A DNA stretch of 33,826 nt from Candidatus Bathyarchaeota archaeon. GTDB lineage: Archaea; Thermoproteota; Bathyarchaeia; Bathyarchaeales; DTEX01. Position 1 is the stretch's first letter. The number at the start of each line of letters is the position of its first letter. Location of the stretch: positions 1 to 33,826 of the forward strand of contig JAGGUU010000152.1 in NCBI GenBank assembly GCA_021158305.1. The letters are read 5' to 3'. Position numbers and translations under genes: made by a program. This document shows positions 33,208 through 33,826 of the stretch, piece by piece. Under the pieces are notes generated by a model. The model had not been told where the DNA came from and did not search any database. It saw nothing but the letters and a program-made list of their open reading frames with translations.

Positions 33208-33826
33208 TTGAGGAATATAATAGTTACGGAGATTAAGCAGCTGCCTCTGGAGGAGCAGCGAATCGAGGTTGTTGAAAGAAAAGGGTTGGGTCACCCTGAT
33301 ACTATATGCGATTCTATAATGAATGAAGTTTCAGTCAAACTAAGCCAAGTATACATCGAAAAATTCGGGACGATTCTTCATCACAATATTGATAAATCGC
33401 TCCTCGCAGCGGGTAAAGTGAAGACAAGATTCGGCGGAGGAATAGTGGAGAAACGAATGAAACTCATTTTTGGAGATAGAGCAACCTTCGAAGCTAACGG
33501 AATAAGCATCCCAGTAGGCGAGATAGCGATTCAGACAGCCAAGGATTGGTTTAGAAAAAACCTAAGATTTGTAGATCCTGATGAGCATGTAGAGTATCAG
33601 ATCGAGATTCAGCCCGGATCCTCAGCGCTTACTGATATTTTCAGAAGGGGAGGGAAAGTCTTGGAGGCAAATGATACCTCTGCAGCTGTAGGGTGGGCGC
33701 CCATGACTAAAACTGAAAACATAGTTTTGGCCACGGAAAAGTATCTGAATTCAAAAAGATTCAAAGATAGATTTCCCGAGACAGGTGAAGATGTAAAGGT
33801 AATGGGTTTCAGGAAAGATGATGAGC
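33208..33826 (+). CDS. mat: Archaeal-type S-adenosylmethionine synthetase (methionine adenosyltransferase), N-terminal ~206 aa; runs off the right edge
   Basis: Hand translation gives (L/M)RNIIVTEIKQLPLEEQRIEVVERKGLGHPDTICDSIMNEVSVKLSQVYIEKFGTILHHNIDKSLLAAGKVKTRFGGG. ERKG-x-GHPD-x-ICD and HHN-x-DK are archaeal MAT signatures. The ORF opens right after an in-frame TGA at 33199..33201. It is not in the ORF track because it is truncated. Confidence 0.88.
   Translation, partial: MRNIIVTEIKQLPLEEQRIEVVERKGLGHPDTICDSIMNEVSVKLSQVYIEKFGTILHHNIDKSLLAAGKVKTRFGGGIVEKRMKLIFGDRATFEANGISIPVGEIAIQTAKDWFRKNLRFVDPDEHVEYQIEIQPGSSALTDIFRRGGKVLEANDTSAAVGWAPMTKTENIVLATEKYLNSKRFKDRFPETGEDVKVMGFRKDDE

Noticed and set aside
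1-33826. CRISPR arrays, IS elements/transposases, integrases, prophage or toxin-antitoxin/defence islands, tRNA or rRNA genes
   Set aside because: I scanned the intergenic regions and the ORF set by eye. I found no repeat-spacer periodicity, no terminal inverted repeats flanking a transposase-like ORF, no recombinase motifs and no T-loop-like GGTTCRAAUC sequence in non-coding regions. A tRNAscan or CRISPR-finder run would be needed to exclude them formally.

Overview
Archaeal chromosomal segment, shown by RNA polymerase Rpo7 and Spt4, ribosomal proteins S24e and S27ae, archaeosine tRNA-guanine transglycosylase, a PriS-type primase, archaeal-type SAM synthetase, SepRS and pilins with class III signal peptides. 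It is AT-leaning by eye and densely packed, with many overlapping stop/start junctions and many SD-supported TTG/GTG starts. I saw no rRNA, tRNA, CRISPR array, IS element or integrase. The left third (0.4-12 kb) is a cell-envelope/accessory block. It holds a 1004-aa orphan MacB/FtsX-type membrane protein, a divergently transcribed membrane-tethered single-HKD (Nuc-type) PLD nuclease, and an 8-gene type IV pilus operon (FlaI/PilB-like ATPase, FlaJ/PilC-like platform, six pilin-like proteins). The rest is mostly information processing and housekeeping: class V aminotransferase, archaemetzincin, beta-CASP RNase, arcTGT, the rpo7-spt4-DUF359(DPCK)-S24e-S27ae cluster, MJ0936 phosphodiesterase, a translin-like/SepRS/endonuclease V operon, ThiDN, an isopropylmalate-type dehydrogenase, TrmY, an RDD protein, TyrRS, an atypical long PriS-like primase, a large Ig-repeat surface protein, a zinc-ribbon protein, an HTH-CBS regulator and SAM synthetase (truncated at the right edge). 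The best leads are: (1) an unannotated, textbook-layout box C/D sRNA with its own TATA box in an otherwise unexplained 635-bp gap; (2) the extracellular nuclease plus pilus plus orphan FtsX envelope block, a possible DNA-uptake or eDNA module; (3) a PriS-like primase lacking the Zn knuckle and carrying a ~220-aa helical extension; (4) a translationally coupled translin(C3PO-like)-SepRS-EndoV operon; (5) an HTH-CBS regulator divergent from SAM synthetase, with a perfect palindrome over its own SD. All functional calls come from motif recognition by eye; no database search was possible.
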